A DNA stretch of 32,655 nt from Acidobacteriota bacterium (lineage in GTDB: Bacteria > Acidobacteriota > Aminicenantia > Aminicenantales > Aminicenantaceae), in the NCBI GenBank assembly GCA_030609975.1, contig JAUWSR010000002.1, forward strand, positions 1-32,655, given 5' to 3'. The notes beneath the pieces were generated by a model, which saw only the letters and a list, made by a program, of their open reading frames with translations, had not been told where the DNA came from and did no database searches. The position numbers and the translations under genes were made by a program. Below, piece after piece: positions 1 through 9,188 of the stretch. Position 1 is the first letter of the stretch. The number at the start of each line of letters is the position of its first letter.

Positions 1-1558
1 CCGGGGTCATGTAACCCTCGAGTGAGACGGCGGCACTTCCACGGATCAGAGGAGAAGGATCCTGCAGGGCATTTATGAAGGCCGGCCAGATCTGGGGAGA
101 GGGACAGGTCCGCAGGAGGCGGATCATAGAGTTGGCGAAGATCTCATCACGGTCGGGCCGTTTCACATAGGTGAGCATCTCGGATAGACGTCTCCAATCC
201 TGTTTTCGTGCGGCTTCGATAAGACCCGCTGTATAGATCCGCGATTTTTGAAAATCCTTGGCACGCCACTCGCGCACCCAGCCATCGGCCCATGCCGCAT
301 CCTGGTCGTCGTGGCAGAGGTTGCAGGCATTGGGGGATTCGAATTGTATTGTGGCTGCGGGTGTGGGAGGTAAAAAGGAGTGGTCGCTGCGCCGCATACG
401 GGCGAATTCGGTCATGGGCATATGACAGGCGATACATTGACTTCCCTTGGATTCCGCTTCGTGAAAAGAATGATCCGTGACATTCTCGACCCGTTCCTGA
501 TGACAGGGGAGACAGGCCTCATTGGGCGAGTCCTTTTGCCGGAACCGTCCACTCGAGGTGTGGCAGTGCATGCAGTCGAGCTGCCCGGAAAGCGAACAGG
601 GATTCATGCGCCACAGGGTATAGGTGTAGTTTTCTCCCAGGTCGCGTCCATCCGGATAGAAATCGGGATGTTCGAAGGTGACGAGATCAAAGTGGTCGAA
701 GTATTCGTCCCCCGGTTTAAAGCTGGAAGTGACCAGAGACATCTTGGCATGACAGGGGACGCAGTTGCTGTCGACCTGATGAGGGGTGTAGCCATTCTTC
801 TGCATAATGACAGGCAATTTTAAGTCTTCGGGAACCTGGCCCTCAGGAGCAGCCAGACAAACCCGGATGTGTTCCTGAGCGGGCCCGTGGCAGGTCTCGC
901 AGTTGATACCCGGTTCGATCCAGGTTGTATGGTAAGAATCATTTTTCAGCGTGTAATTCGTCTCCAATTGACTTACGTGGCAGCCGTGGCAGGAAGTATT
1001 GAAGGTGTATTCGAGATCGGTCCAGTGCAGAGGTTCATCCGGAGACATCCCCGGAAAATGACGGATACCGCTGGCGGCCGTGTCAAACCACTCCCGGCGG
1101 TTGAGGTCATAGGCCAATGGAAGGGTTTGCAGTTTACCTTTCTCCCAGGGAGTGAGGAAATAAAATACATTCTTGCCGCCCAAGGCGTGCTCGATCTTGA
1201 GCTCTTTTTTACCATCCGGACCCTTCTCCAAAACCCATCCTTTCCCGTTTTAGATCTCCGCTCGATAGTGGTAGCTGCCGATGGTGATCTCCTGAGTGTG
1301 GGGAGTGAGCTTGTCTGCAGCCAGTGTCTCGGTGTACGGCTGCATGGCCAGTCCGTGATGGGAGGTCGCCCAGAGCTGATAGAATCTTTCATGGCACTCC
1401 TGACAGCTCTGCGAGCCTGTATAGTCTTGAGTCGGGGCCCCCCCGGACATCTCTGCGAGCTGATCCGGGGATTCCTTTTTACACGCGTTGAATGCGGCTA
1501 TTCCGCTCAACAAGACGATAGTTAAAAATATGCCCATGATTCCGGTTTTGTATTTCAT
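1..1558 (-). pseudogene. Multihaem (at least 8 CXXCH) c-type cytochrome lipoprotein with C-terminal HEAT-like repeats. The frame is interrupted by an in-frame TAA at 1250-1252, and the 3' end lies beyond the window start.
   Basis: My translation of the minus strand is open from 1558 to position 1 except for one TAA. The N-terminus MKYKTGIMGIFLTIVLLSGIAAFNAC reads as a signal peptide plus a lipobox-like Cys. Haem motifs are CQECH, CHGCH, CETCH, CVPCH, CMHCH, CLPCH, CIACH and CNLCH. The tail ...DPSPLIRGSAAVSLEGY resembles HEAT/PBS-lyase repeats. Confidence 0.75.
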
Positions 1559-1783
1559 AGCTCCGATTCTCCTCTGCTTACTCTTTTATAATAACAAAAT
1601 CAGACGTTATTGGAAGCAGAGAAATGTTTGTGTCAGAGAGCTTGTTTTTATAGGTTGTATTTCCAAATCCGTGATACAGCATCGTGACAAGAAAAAAACG
1701 AGGACGGATGGGATCTTGTCTATAAGTACTGTATCTATCAAATGACATCACCGCGGATTGCTTGATTTACCGAGTGTGGTGTC

Positions 1784-2458
1784 CTAAAACGACTTGGAAT
1801 TTTTGTAGCTGATGGCCAAGCCGCTCCCGCGGCTGTCAACCGTGGTTTCAAAGTTGGGCAGGCTGTCCAGGTATTCCAGATATCCGCTGCTTCCGCCCCC
1901 TCTTCTCCCTCTTCCCCTTGAGACATTGTGAGTGGTGTAACAGCCGCCCACTTCCAGCTTGGGCTCCACTGCAATAAAGTAGTTCTTGTACCAATACTTG
2001 TCGGCGTCACTGAAAACGAAGTCGAAGGGCCCTTCCAAAGCCGGGACGATCTCGTGGGCATCTCCGAGACGGGCATCGATGAATTCCGAGAGGCCGGCCG
2101 CTTCGAAGTTCTCCAAGGCCTGGTGGTGCCGCCGCTCGTCGATGTCTATGGTGATCAGTTTGCCTCCGGTCTTGCTCAGAGCCCAGGCGATCCAGATCCC
2201 GGAACGTCCGGTGGAAGTGCCGATCTCCAGTGCGCGAGTGTACTTGTTCTTAACGATGATGTCGTGGAGGGTCTGGCCGTCTACAGCCGGTACGTTCATG
2301 TCACCTCGCCCCCATCGCTGTGAATCGAGAAATTTCTTGACCTTGGAATCAAGATCTTGAGTTTTCGTTTTAACAGCTGAGTTGGCAACAAGCAGAGGAG
2401 CCGTCAGTAAGGTGGTTATGAGAAACAAGGGGAAATATTTTTGTGCCGCCTTCTTCAT
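1784..2458 (-). CDS. Class I SAM-dependent O-methyltransferase (family 3, caffeoyl-CoA OMT-like) with an N-terminal signal peptide or anchor
   Basis: The hydrophobic N-terminus is MKKAAQKYFPLFLITTLLTAPLLVANSA. The SAM-binding core is ALEIGTSTGRSGIWIA...KLITIDID...DFVFSDADK...GGCYTTHNV. Confidence 0.7.
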   Translation of the reverse strand: MKKAAQKYFPLFLITTLLTAPLLVANSAVKTKTQDLDSKVKKFLDSQRWGRGDMNVPAVDGQTLHDIIVKNKYTRALEIGTSTGRSGIWIAWALSKTGGKLITIDIDERRHHQALENFEAAGLSEFIDARLGDAHEIVPALEGPFDFVFSDADKYWYKNYFIAVEPKLEVGGCYTTHNVSRGRGRRGGGSSGYLEYLDSLPNFETTVDSRGSGLAISYKNSKSF

Positions 2459-2538
2459 GTTTTCCTCCCGTTTGATCTTCCGTTGGTCATATCTTTAGAC
2501 TCTCTAGAAAGGAAAATCTTCCCGAATGATAACGCGTC

Positions 2539-3747
2539 TTACAATGGCTTTAGCGAGGGATAAAGAACCGCTCCTTCGATCTCCACCAAAAGTTCCGGTC
2601 GGCAGATATCGGATACGACGTATAGTATAGGCACTCGGCCGTAAGCTTTTTCGCAGATACTTTTAACCAGGGGAATATCTGGAGCGTATTTGACATAGAC
2701 CCGTAGGTAAGAAAAAGGATCGGGTTCGGATTCGGGCTGGAATCCGGCTTGTTCAAGGTTCTGCCGGGAGGTGAGTTCGGCGATGTTCTCAATGGTGGTT
2801 TGAGTCTGTGCCGCGACATCCCCTATACCAACGGTTTTTTGCCCCCGGATCGAGGCGGTTCCTGAGACATAGATCAAGCCAGAATTGTTGTCACTGACCA
2901 ATTTGGCCCGTTCGAATTTTGGGGAGGTTTTTTTAGGGACGGATGAGATGGGTACTCCCACTAAAACCTCTTGAGAATAACGATGTGCATCCTGCTGCTG
3001 AGGGTTGGAGAGAGGCACGATGTTCAGGCTTTGGTCCGCAGCCAGGGCAAAACATTCCAGGACGATCCCACCTGCGTTGGCGCCGATCCCGGTGGCTGAA
3101 GGGTAGCCGTGCTTGAAGTCAGACGGAGCGTAAAACGTGGTTCTCACGTCATTGAAGACTTGATAATTTTGCCGTTCCCCTTTTCCTTCGTGTTTTCTGC
3201 CGACGATGTTTTCGACATAGTTCCACTGCCGGACGATGCTGCTGAAATCCATGTCCTCGGCACAGAGTATTTCTGACAGGATCTCAAATGCACCTTGGGA
3301 TTGTGTAAGGATCCGGCTGGATCTGTTTCCAATGGTCAGCCCTGCGGCATAGATCTCCCTCCGATCGGGATATTGCACCAGAGTATAGGCGATCTTTTCC
3401 CGGCTTTTGTAGAAAACCGAAACGTTTGGGTCGGGTCTTCTCAGCACCGTGGCCTCGAGAGACACCTGTCGCTCCTGTTCAGGAGGTTGGGCTACAAAGC
3501 TGACGGCAGGCATCTTCTCCGGGAAATAGTCCTGTAGTTCCGAGTGGAGAGCCGCTTTTGTTTTAAAATAATCGAGATTATCTTTAGATTTCAAAAAAAA
3601 AGTCAGCTTAAGGAGTTTTTCTTGTTGGTCTGCAGTGCCTGCGATCGCTGCTTTGAGCTGACCCAGACATTCCCGCATCTCGGCAGCGGGCGATGGGCCG
3701 GCGCCGGGAACAAAGCGCAAAAAACCTAAACTCGAAATCCTTGTCAT
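2539..3747 (-). CDS. Chorismatase (chorismate pyruvate-hydrolase) of the FkbO/Hyg5/XanB2 family, with a tandem YjgF/RidA-like fold
   Basis: Family-typical blocks are present: IVRQWNYVENI, ERQNYQVFNDVR, YPSATGIGANAGG, SPKFERA, IYVSGTASIRGQKTVGIGDVAAQTQTTIENI, LRVYVKY and VVSDICRPELLVEIEG. The start ATG overlaps the aroC stop (ATGA at 3744-3747). Confidence 0.7.
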   Translation of the reverse strand: MTRISSLGFLRFVPGAGPSPAAEMRECLGQLKAAIAGTADQQEKLLKLTFFLKSKDNLDYFKTKAALHSELQDYFPEKMPAVSFVAQPPEQERQVSLEATVLRRPDPNVSVFYKSREKIAYTLVQYPDRREIYAAGLTIGNRSSRILTQSQGAFEILSEILCAEDMDFSSIVRQWNYVENIVGRKHEGKGERQNYQVFNDVRTTFYAPSDFKHGYPSATGIGANAGGIVLECFALAADQSLNIVPLSNPQQQDAHRYSQEVLVGVPISSVPKKTSPKFERAKLVSDNNSGLIYVSGTASIRGQKTVGIGDVAAQTQTTIENIAELTSRQNLEQAGFQPESEPDPFSYLRVYVKYAPDIPLVKSICEKAYGRVPILYVVSDICRPELLVEIEGAVLYPSLKPL

Positions 3748-4739
3748 GATTTCCAGATCCGAGGGATGAGTTGTTCGAGGAGCAACAAGTCCGCAAGCAC
3801 GATGGCCGTGGCCGCTTCGAATATAACCGGCATTCTAAGGGCGATACAGGTATCGTGACGTCCTGAAACTTGGAGCTCGACCGGTCCCCCCGTGGTGATA
3901 TCGACGGTTTTTTGTTTGAGTGAGATGCTGGAGGTCGGTTTGACCGCAGCACGAAAAACCAGGGGATTCCCATTGCTTATTCCGCCGTTTATTCCGCCGG
4001 CGTGGTTGGTCTCGGTTTTCCCCTCGGGATCGAGAATGTCATCATTGTGTTCACTGCCGGTCATTTTTGCCGCTTGGAAGCCGGCGCCGAATTCGATTCC
4101 CCGGATCGCGGGAATACTGAACAGCAGATGGCTGAGCCGTGCATCCACGGCATCGAAAAAGGGCTCACCCAGACCAACCGGGACATTTTGTGCCGTGCAC
4201 TCCACCAAGCCTCCGATAGAATCGCCTGAATGGATAGCCTGCTCCACGGCTGCATCGATATCTTCTCTTCCCCCAACTTCAAGCAGACGGGCAGCGATGC
4301 TGACAGGCTGGATGAGTTTTTTGGCAATAACTCCTGCCGCTACCATAGATGCTGTCAAGCGTCCTGAGAAATGGCCGCCGCCGCGGTTGTCCGCAAAGCC
4401 GCCAAACTTTCGCCGGGCCACAAAGTCGGCATGTCCCGGGCGGGGCGTGTGTTTTATCCTTTCGTAAACTTCGGATTGGAGATCGCGGTTAGCGAAACTG
4501 ATATGCAGGGGAGAGCCCGTGGTCTTCCCTTGATAGAGTCCGCTCGTGATCCGAGGCCGGTCATCTTCTTTTCTGGCTGTGGTTCCGGCAGTTGGGGGAT
4601 TCCGGCGTCCGAGGTCCGCCTCGAAATCCTCCACTGCCAAGGGAAGTCCGGCGGGACAGCCGTCGACAACGATACCGACGTCGATCCCATGGGATTCGCC
4701 ATAGATACTGATCCTGAACAGTTTTCCGAAGCTATTCAT
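3744..4739 (-). CDS. aroC: Chorismate synthase
   Basis: The N-terminal signature is FGKLFRISIYGESHG. GGGHFSGR and SGRHDTCIA blocks are present. The length of 331 aa fits, as does the operon context. Confidence 0.92.
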   Translation of the reverse strand: MNSFGKLFRISIYGESHGIDVGIVVDGCPAGLPLAVEDFEADLGRRNPPTAGTTARKEDDRPRITSGLYQGKTTGSPLHISFANRDLQSEVYERIKHTPRPGHADFVARRKFGGFADNRGGGHFSGRLTASMVAAGVIAKKLIQPVSIAARLLEVGGREDIDAAVEQAIHSGDSIGGLVECTAQNVPVGLGEPFFDAVDARLSHLLFSIPAIRGIEFGAGFQAAKMTGSEHNDDILDPEGKTETNHAGGINGGISNGNPLVFRAAVKPTSSISLKQKTVDITTGGPVELQVSGRHDTCIALRMPVIFEAATAIVLADLLLLEQLIPRIWKS

Positions 4740-6000
4740 CGATTTTCCCTCCCAGTTGGGCTAGATCCTCGAAAAAACGAGGATAGGACTTGGCTATACA
4801 TTCGGCCTCCTCGATGATCACACAACCCTCAGCACCCAGGCCGGCAATGGCCAATGCCATAGCTATCCTGTGATCATTGTGTGAGTGCACCTTTCCGCTC
4901 TTCAGCTTGCCTCCCAAAATCTCCATGAGGTTTCCTCGGATACGGATATCAGCCCCCAGTTTACCGAATTCCTGGGATAGAGCCAAGGCCCGGTCGCTTT
5001 CTTTATGCTTGAGCCTTTCCACACCGGTGAGAACCGTCTTGCCCCGGCAGAAACATGCCAGGGCTACCAAGGGGGGGAAGAGGTCGGGACAATCGCTGGC
5101 ATCGAATTGGAACGCTGTTAATTCGCTCTTTTCCGATTGGACGGAATCTCGGCTGGAAGAGACGTTTGCCTGGGCTCTGTCCAAAGCTTCCAGGATCCGC
5201 CTGTCTGCTTTTAGAGAATCGAGCTTGAGTCCGGTCACTTTGATCTTTCCGCTCCAGGCACCCGCCGCCAACCAGAAAGCGGCCGCACTCCAGTCACCAT
5301 TTACCCTATACTCCCCGATCTCATACGTTTGCCCGCCTTTGATCTTGAAGTTTTTGTAGCCATCATGGTCGATGTCGATTTGGAAGTCTTTGAGCATCTC
5401 GAGAGTCATGTCCACATAGGGGAGGCTCTTTAAATTCTGTATGCTCAACTCCGAGTCTGCCTGCACTGTGGGGAGTGCGATGAGCAGGCCCGTGATGAAT
5501 TGGGAGCTCAGGGAGCCATCGATCTCAGCCCGACCTCCCCGCAGTGGTCCCCTGACCGTGACGGGTGGAAATCCGTTTTGGGTCCGACAGTGGGCTCCCA
5601 GGTCCCGCAAAGGTCCCTCCAGCATAGCTACCGGCCTGTGCAGGAGGCCCGGTTTTCCGGTCAAGCGAAGCTCCTGGTCGCAGAGCGCCGCAACGGCTGA
5701 AAACATCCGCAGACTCAATCCGGATTCTCCACAGTCCAGTTCAGCTCCCCTCGGATTCATTCCACCTCTGATGAAAACCGCTCCCTCTTCCTGTCTGACT
5801 TCAGCGCCGAGTTTTTCAGCGATCCTCAATCCCGCCAGAGAATCCTGACTGGTGGAAGGATTGAGTATCCTGGTTTCTGAGCCCTCAGCCAACAGAGCGG
5901 CGGCTGTGATCCGCTGCATCAGGCTTTTGGAAGGGGGAGCCGTGACCTCCCCTGTGATGGGTGTAGGATTAATCGATCTCTGCATAGATGCCATCCACAA
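4732..6000 (-). CDS. aroA: 3-phosphoshikimate 1-carboxyvinyltransferase (EPSP synthase)
   Basis: Motifs are PPSKSLMQR and HNDHRIAMALAIAGL. The length is 422 aa. It overlaps aroC by 8 nt. The exact start is uncertain (M1, M3 or M6), and it overlaps the upstream gene by up to 32 nt. Confidence 0.9.
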   Translation of the reverse strand: MWMASMQRSINPTPITGEVTAPPSKSLMQRITAAALLAEGSETRILNPSTSQDSLAGLRIAEKLGAEVRQEEGAVFIRGGMNPRGAELDCGESGLSLRMFSAVAALCDQELRLTGKPGLLHRPVAMLEGPLRDLGAHCRTQNGFPPVTVRGPLRGGRAEIDGSLSSQFITGLLIALPTVQADSELSIQNLKSLPYVDMTLEMLKDFQIDIDHDGYKNFKIKGGQTYEIGEYRVNGDWSAAAFWLAAGAWSGKIKVTGLKLDSLKADRRILEALDRAQANVSSSRDSVQSEKSELTAFQFDASDCPDLFPPLVALACFCRGKTVLTGVERLKHKESDRALALSQEFGKLGADIRIRGNLMEILGGKLKSGKVHSHNDHRIAMALAIAGLGAEGCVIIEEAECIAKSYPRFFEDLAQLGGKIDE

Positions 6001-7264
6001 TGTCCTCGGGAGTGCCTTCGCTGCTTAAGACCATATCTGAGGCCTGGGCATAAAGCGGGAGGCGTGCATGGAGGAGCTCCGTCGCCACTTTTTTGGATGC
6101 TTCCCCATCCAACAGCGGTCGGGTTCCCGGTTCGATCCTCCGGAAACTCGTTGCGAGAGATGAATAGAGCCAGATCACCAAAGCATTGTCTGCTAAAACC
6201 TTATGATTACCGGGGTCCATCACACTGCCGCCGCCGCAAGCCCAAATATATCCCTGTCTTTCCTCCAATTTACCCAAGATCCTCTTTTCCACTCTCCGGA
6301 AATAGGCCTCTCCTTCGCTGTGGAATATTTCAGGGATGGTGCGGCCTTCCTGTTCCTCGATGAGAGAGTCGGTGTCTTGAAATTTGTAATTCAGTCTGGC
6401 TGCCAGCCCCTTTCCGATCGTGGTTTTCCCGCAGCCCATAAATCCGATCAGGGCGATGTTCCTGGGTTTGTTTGTCAAGGTGTTACAGGAAGCCAAGACT
6501 TCTCTCATCAGGTTTTCGTCTGGGATTTTTCCCGTAAACAGCTCGAAGACCGGAATGGCCTGGTTCAGGAGCCACTCCTCTCCCCGGATGACTCTACATC
6601 CCCGTTTTTCAGCTTCATCACACAGATGTGACTGAGGATACTTCGCGTCGAGGACCACAAGGCTGGATCTCAACCACTCCGCCTTGACAGGACTCAGGCG
6701 TGCGGAAACGGCTGAAACCAGGATGTGGGCGGAATCCAAATGTGTTTCAAGCTCTTCCCAAGGGTGTGCCTGACAGTTTAATATCTTTGCTGCGTCTTGT
6801 GCTTTCGCATACGTTCTGTTTACCAGGACCACCACAGCGCCGTTGTGAAGAAGCCCGTAGGCCGCCGCTCTGGCCGCGGCTCCCGCTCCCAAAACCAGGC
6901 ATCTCTGGTTCCGGGTCGGAATGTCTCTTTTGTGAAGAGAATCGACCACTCCCCGGTGATCGGTGTTGCGGCCTTTGAGGGCCTCTGCGGTTCGTTGCAC
7001 AACGTTAACCCCTCCGATCTTTGCAGAAGCGCTGTCGATATCGGAGAGCCGTTCGAGCATATCCTGTTTTAGCGGGGCGGTGATATTCATCCCGGACATG
7101 CCCAGCTCCTTAAAGAGAAACAGAGCCTCCTCTGCGGATCGGGCAGAAAGGCGGGTATAAACAGACGATATGTTTTGCTGTGCAAACAAGGCATTGAAAA
7201 TATCCGGACTCTTGCTGTGCAGGATGGGACGGCCGCTTACGGCATACAATTTGGGTTCAGCCAT
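5969..7264 (-). CDS. aroE-aroK: Bifunctional shikimate dehydrogenase / shikimate kinase fusion
   Basis: The N-terminal half has GRPILHSKSPDIFNALF and the Rossmann motif LVLGAGAAARAAAYGL. The C-terminal half has the Walker A motif IGFMGCGKTTIGKGLA, plus DTDSLIE and ACGGGSV. Confidence 0.9.
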   Translation of the reverse strand: MAEPKLYAVSGRPILHSKSPDIFNALFAQQNISSVYTRLSARSAEEALFLFKELGMSGMNITAPLKQDMLERLSDIDSASAKIGGVNVVQRTAEALKGRNTDHRGVVDSLHKRDIPTRNQRCLVLGAGAAARAAAYGLLHNGAVVVLVNRTYAKAQDAAKILNCQAHPWEELETHLDSAHILVSAVSARLSPVKAEWLRSSLVVLDAKYPQSHLCDEAEKRGCRVIRGEEWLLNQAIPVFELFTGKIPDENLMREVLASCNTLTNKPRNIALIGFMGCGKTTIGKGLAARLNYKFQDTDSLIEEQEGRTIPEIFHSEGEAYFRRVEKRILGKLEERQGYIWACGGGSVMDPGNHKVLADNALVIWLYSSLATSFRRIEPGTRPLLDGEASKKVATELLHARLPLYAQASDMVLSSEGTPEDIVDGIYAEID

Positions 7265-7895
7265 TGTTCAGGATTTTGAGCAGATTTTCCAACTTATCTT
7301 TATCGAACTGCCCTTCGGCCGTCTCATGGCCCGGCACCGAAGCGGCATAGGTGAAAGGGGCTCCCAACAGAGGCGCTGCCATGCGGGTTATACGTCCTCT
7401 ATTTCCCATTCCCAACGCAATGATCTTCCTGTCGGTATCGTAAAGAGAGAGCAGCCGGGCACAGTCTCTCTGGGAATCTACCTGGCATGCGATCTTGGCG
7501 ATATCGGCACCACGGCTGAAACAATCTTCTAAAATCTGCTGAAGAAATCCCGGGGAAGGTGTTTCTTTGAAATTGTGATAGGACATAATGATACAACACT
7601 CGTTTTTCCGTGCGATATCGGTAAGATATTCTCGAAAGGTTTTTTCTGCATCGAATTCGATGTCCACATAGCTGGCACCGGCTGTGATGGCGGTTGCCAG
7701 CTTCTCCCGGCGCTGATCCAGGGTGAAAGGCCCCGGCCGGCAGGTCGCGATGAGGACCGGCTTTAGAGCAAAAAGCACAGCGATCTCCTCCCGGCTAAAG
7801 CGGGTTTTATCCAGGCGGATCTCAGCGCACTCGACGGATTCCAAGGCTTTCCGGCAGGCAGCAAAATTCAGATCCGCCAGGCTAACACAGATCAT
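7257..7895 (-). CDS. aroD: 3-dehydroquinate dehydratase, type I
   Basis: Motifs are AEIRLD, YVDIEFD...IIMSYHNF and IAKIA. The length is 212 aa. It overlaps both neighbours. Confidence 0.85.
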   Translation of the reverse strand: MICVSLADLNFAACRKALESVECAEIRLDKTRFSREEIAVLFALKPVLIATCRPGPFTLDQRREKLATAITAGASYVDIEFDAEKTFREYLTDIARKNECCIIMSYHNFKETPSPGFLQQILEDCFSRGADIAKIACQVDSQRDCARLLSLYDTDRKIIALGMGNRGRITRMAAPLLGAPFTYAASVPGHETAEGQFDKDKLENLLKILNNG

Positions 7896-8910
7896 GGATA
7901 ACCATCTCCAGTTCGCTCATGCTGATCTCAGTGATCACAGGCTGACCGATGCCCCGGAGACACACAAAATGGAGTGTATCCCCGATCCTCTTTTTGTCTT
8001 TGTTGATAGCATCGAAAATAAGGGCCATGTCCAATTCTGTTTTTACAGGAAGCTTAAGATTAAACAAAAGGCTTTTGATGCGGCGGGCTTCACTTTCGGA
8101 GAGAAGCTGGGATCGGACCGAGAGGTCGACCGCAAAAGCCATACCGAGACTTACCGCTTTCCCATGTGAGATAGACTGTGTCCTTTCCAAAGCATGACCG
8201 AGCGTATGGCCGAAATTGAGCTTGCGGCGCTCGCCTTTTTCTTTCTCGTCCCTGTTTACGATATCGGCTTTTACCTGGATGGAGGCTGTGATGATCTTCT
8301 CCAGCAGGTCCTTCCGCAAGGACAGGGCGGATTCCGGATTGCGCTCCAGGGTTTCAAACAGCTCCGGATCTCCGATCACTGCATGTTTCACGATCTCTGC
8401 CATTCCGCTCAAGATCTCTTCCGAGGGTAGAGTCTCCAGCAGGTTCAGGTCGCAAATTACAAAACGGGGCTGATTGAAAACGCCCACCAGGTTTTTGTAC
8501 CCTTGGAGGTTGACTCCGGTTTTTCCCCCGACGCTGGCGTCGACCTGAGCAAGAAGAGTGGATGCCACGTAGCCGAAATCAAGCCACCTCAAGTAGGTCG
8601 AAGCGGCAAACCCGGCCAGATCGCAGACAATTCCTCCTCCCACCGCCGCAATAAAAGTTGTGCGATCAGCTTGATATTCCAGTAGCTTTTGGTAGATCGA
8701 TTCGACTGTTTGGAGTGTTTTTATATTCTCTCCCGTCTCCAACTCGATCAGATCAAAGCCGGAGAGCAAGGAGCCATGGTGTCGGCTTACGTTTTTATCC
8801 GTAATGATGATGGTCTTGGCGCCAGGGACATAGTTGGAGAGATTCCGCAGGCTTTCGCCGATAAGGATGCGGGAAATTCCGCTTTGACCTTGGATTTCAA
8901 GGATGTTCAA
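7882..8910 (-). CDS. aroB: 3-dehydroquinate synthase
   Basis: Motifs are GGGIVCDLAGFAASTYLRWLDFGYVASTLLAQVDASVGGKTGVNL and NFGHTLGHALE. The ribosome-binding site AAGGGGA lies directly upstream of the ATG. Confidence 0.92.
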   Translation of the reverse strand: MNILEIQGQSGISRILIGESLRNLSNYVPGAKTIIITDKNVSRHHGSLLSGFDLIELETGENIKTLQTVESIYQKLLEYQADRTTFIAAVGGGIVCDLAGFAASTYLRWLDFGYVASTLLAQVDASVGGKTGVNLQGYKNLVGVFNQPRFVICDLNLLETLPSEEILSGMAEIVKHAVIGDPELFETLERNPESALSLRKDLLEKIITASIQVKADIVNRDEKEKGERRKLNFGHTLGHALERTQSISHGKAVSLGMAFAVDLSVRSQLLSESEARRIKSLLFNLKLPVKTELDMALIFDAINKDKKRIGDTLHFVCLRGIGQPVITEISMSELEMVIHDLC

Positions 8911-9188
8911 TCCATGTCCCCTTTATCCTGAATCATTCATAAGAAATGTCAATATATACTGTAACCATAGTATTATTGGAATTCTATGTTAGCTTTAGAA
9001 ATAAGCATTCAATTTTTTTCGGTTTCGATGTTAGTTTTGTTATTAATCGACATTTCTTACCCTTCGGGCGAGCTGATCTCACTGTACCTGTTTCGTTACA
9101 AAGGATTCGCGGTGGACCACCACAGCCTCATCCTTTGTGCCTCGCATCTACAGTAATCTCAACTCGTGAATAATCCAGGATAGATGAG

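Noticed and set aside
911-920. GGTTCGATCC, which resembles a tRNA T-arm.
   Set aside because: It lies inside the cytochrome coding frame (...IEPG...). No acceptor, D or anticodon stems can be drawn around it.
1-1249. Treating the region after the TAA as an independent gene, separate from the 102-aa cytochrome ORF.
   Set aside because: The continuation has seven haem-attachment motifs but no signal peptide or hydrophobic N-terminus, and it is in the same frame as the upstream part. A single interrupted gene is more parsimonious. Re-initiation at the in-frame TTG is noted but unsupported.
1250-1252. TAA in the cytochrome gene as a reassigned sense codon (alternative genetic code).
   Set aside because: TAA terminates the GH51 gene (16434-16436) and the GH97 gene (16455-16457) at positions that match the expected protein ends. 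TAA therefore behaves as a normal stop in this genome.
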